From Octopus sinensis (taxonomy: Eukaryota), in NCBI RefSeq assembly GCF_006345805.1, contig NC_043003.1:97588001-97652000 (forward strand): a DNA stretch of 64,000 bases, in the 5' to 3' direction. Below are positions 62,621 to 64,000 of this stretch, piece after piece. The notes beneath the pieces were generated by a model that did no database searches, was not told where the DNA came from, and saw only the letters and a list, made by a program, of their open reading frames with translations. Position 1 is the first letter of the stretch. Each line of letters begins with the position of its first letter. A program made the position numbers and the translations under genes.

Positions 62621-64000
62621 CCTTATTAAAATAGAAATCGTGGTAAAATATTTTGACCAACAAAAGCTTTTTTTATACAAGGAATTCCTGAAGAGTTTCC
62701 AAGACACAGTTTCGAAAGGATCAAATTGCAACGACTATCCATGTTTGCAAACTCTCAAGCAATCAATTGCACACATTAAAATGCTTAGTGGCAATTTCTT
62801 CCGGTTTTTCATTTCTAAGTTCAAATTCCGCCGAAGTCTCTACTTTCGGGGTTGATAAAATAAGCACCAGTCGAGCATTGGGTGGGCTCCATGTAACCGA
62901 CTAAACCCTCTTCGCTAATATTTCAAGCCTTGTGCCTATAACAAAAACAATTATTATTACTAAACTACTTTATGATGCTCCAAAATAAAACACTTGTTAT
63001 AGTTTTTTTATGTTTTAATTCATACTTTTAACTTAGTAGAAACTTATTATCTGATATCAAACTATGAGTATCACTAAACATTTGCTCTGGCGCCATCAGT
63101 CAAATTTCATCATATCCACCTCAGTCAGCGCAACATGCCCGCTACTTGTCCTGTGGAAAAACCCACCGATATTGTAATTTACCGGATTTTGCAACCATAA
63201 CGTACATATTATTATTATTATACTGTCAAGCAAAACCCAGTCAGCAGTATTAAATTATAGTTATTTGCAGCAGATAATTGAACAACGAACTGACTGGCAT
63301 GGTATTTTGAAAACGTAATAAACGATTTCTTAGAGTGACACCAAGGTTTTCAGTATTTTTATGCAAGAGGAAGGGAATGGAGATTGTGTTACGTTTATGC
63401 TTTTCTTTGAGGACATTAGCGACACAAGTGAATTGGCATTTCTCATTGTTTTTTTCCAAAGCGTGGATTGAATGAAGGAGCAGAATTTTTTTTAAAAAGT
63501 GTATAATTTGCTTGCAAAGGCTTCCAGATTTAATTTTTGAAAAGAGAGAGAGAAAAAAAAAGGAAATGCGTGACATTTCTGCCTTTCTCAAAGACATTTC
63601 CGTCATGTACAACAAGGTGTGTGATATCAGCGATAACCGGGAAATGAAAACCAGTGTTGAGGAAGGACTTACAGAACATAAAGCAGCCTATACTCGCACT
63701 GAAACATTGAAACTGTAATCATGGACATTATTAAATAAAGGCCAATACGCATATATGAGTAAAGGCTGGACATTCTGAAATTAGTTGGGTCTTACACGCC
63801 AGTTCTGAGTGGACAACATGAACGACCCGGGGTAAAAAAAAATAAATATGTAACGAAGATGGAGCCCGAGTTGCTAAATGGAATGATGTAGAGAAAGTGT
63901 AATAAAGAAGCCAATGGAAAATATTAATGGGCGTTTTCATATAACAGACGCTAAAGAGAAGGGAATGAATGAATAAAGGGGCAAAGAGACGGTGAGGTAA

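Noticed and set aside
63250-63718. ORFs of 121 aa (minus) and 68 aa (plus) as genes
   Set aside because: They show no recognisable domain and no clear splice signals.

Overview
AT-rich, repeat-dense animal genomic DNA. The SINE families and the gene content suggest a coleoid cephalopod, probably Octopus (inference). One protein-coding gene is firmly supported: SAP30L/SAP30 (Sin3A-HDAC complex subunit) on the minus strand. It has four coding exons (38487-38666, 34515-34637, 29638-29736, 26738-26863), 175 aa, and three phase-0 GT-AG introns. A near-canonical tRNA-Phe(GAA) gene with an unusual C37 lies antisense in coding intron 1. The rest is mostly transposon-derived: three tRNA-headed SINE families, an abundant (GAT)n-tailed non-autonomous element, piggyBac-, mariner- and Merlin-like MITEs, a decayed Ty3/gypsy element, mariner and RTE remnants, and microsatellites. 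Most of the supplied six-frame ORFs are repeat-derived noise. The best leads are a Penelope-type minimal hammerhead ribozyme motif (6805-6839), the tRNA-Phe fused to a SINE-type 3' tail, several long hairpins and inverted SINE pairs (potential ADAR or small-RNA substrates), a 1243-bp SINE-mediated tandem duplication, and a Cys-to-Ser change in the SAP30L redox motif. I found no clearly new multi-gene system. Repeat boundaries are approximate (about 10-20 bp) unless target-site duplications (TSDs) are given.
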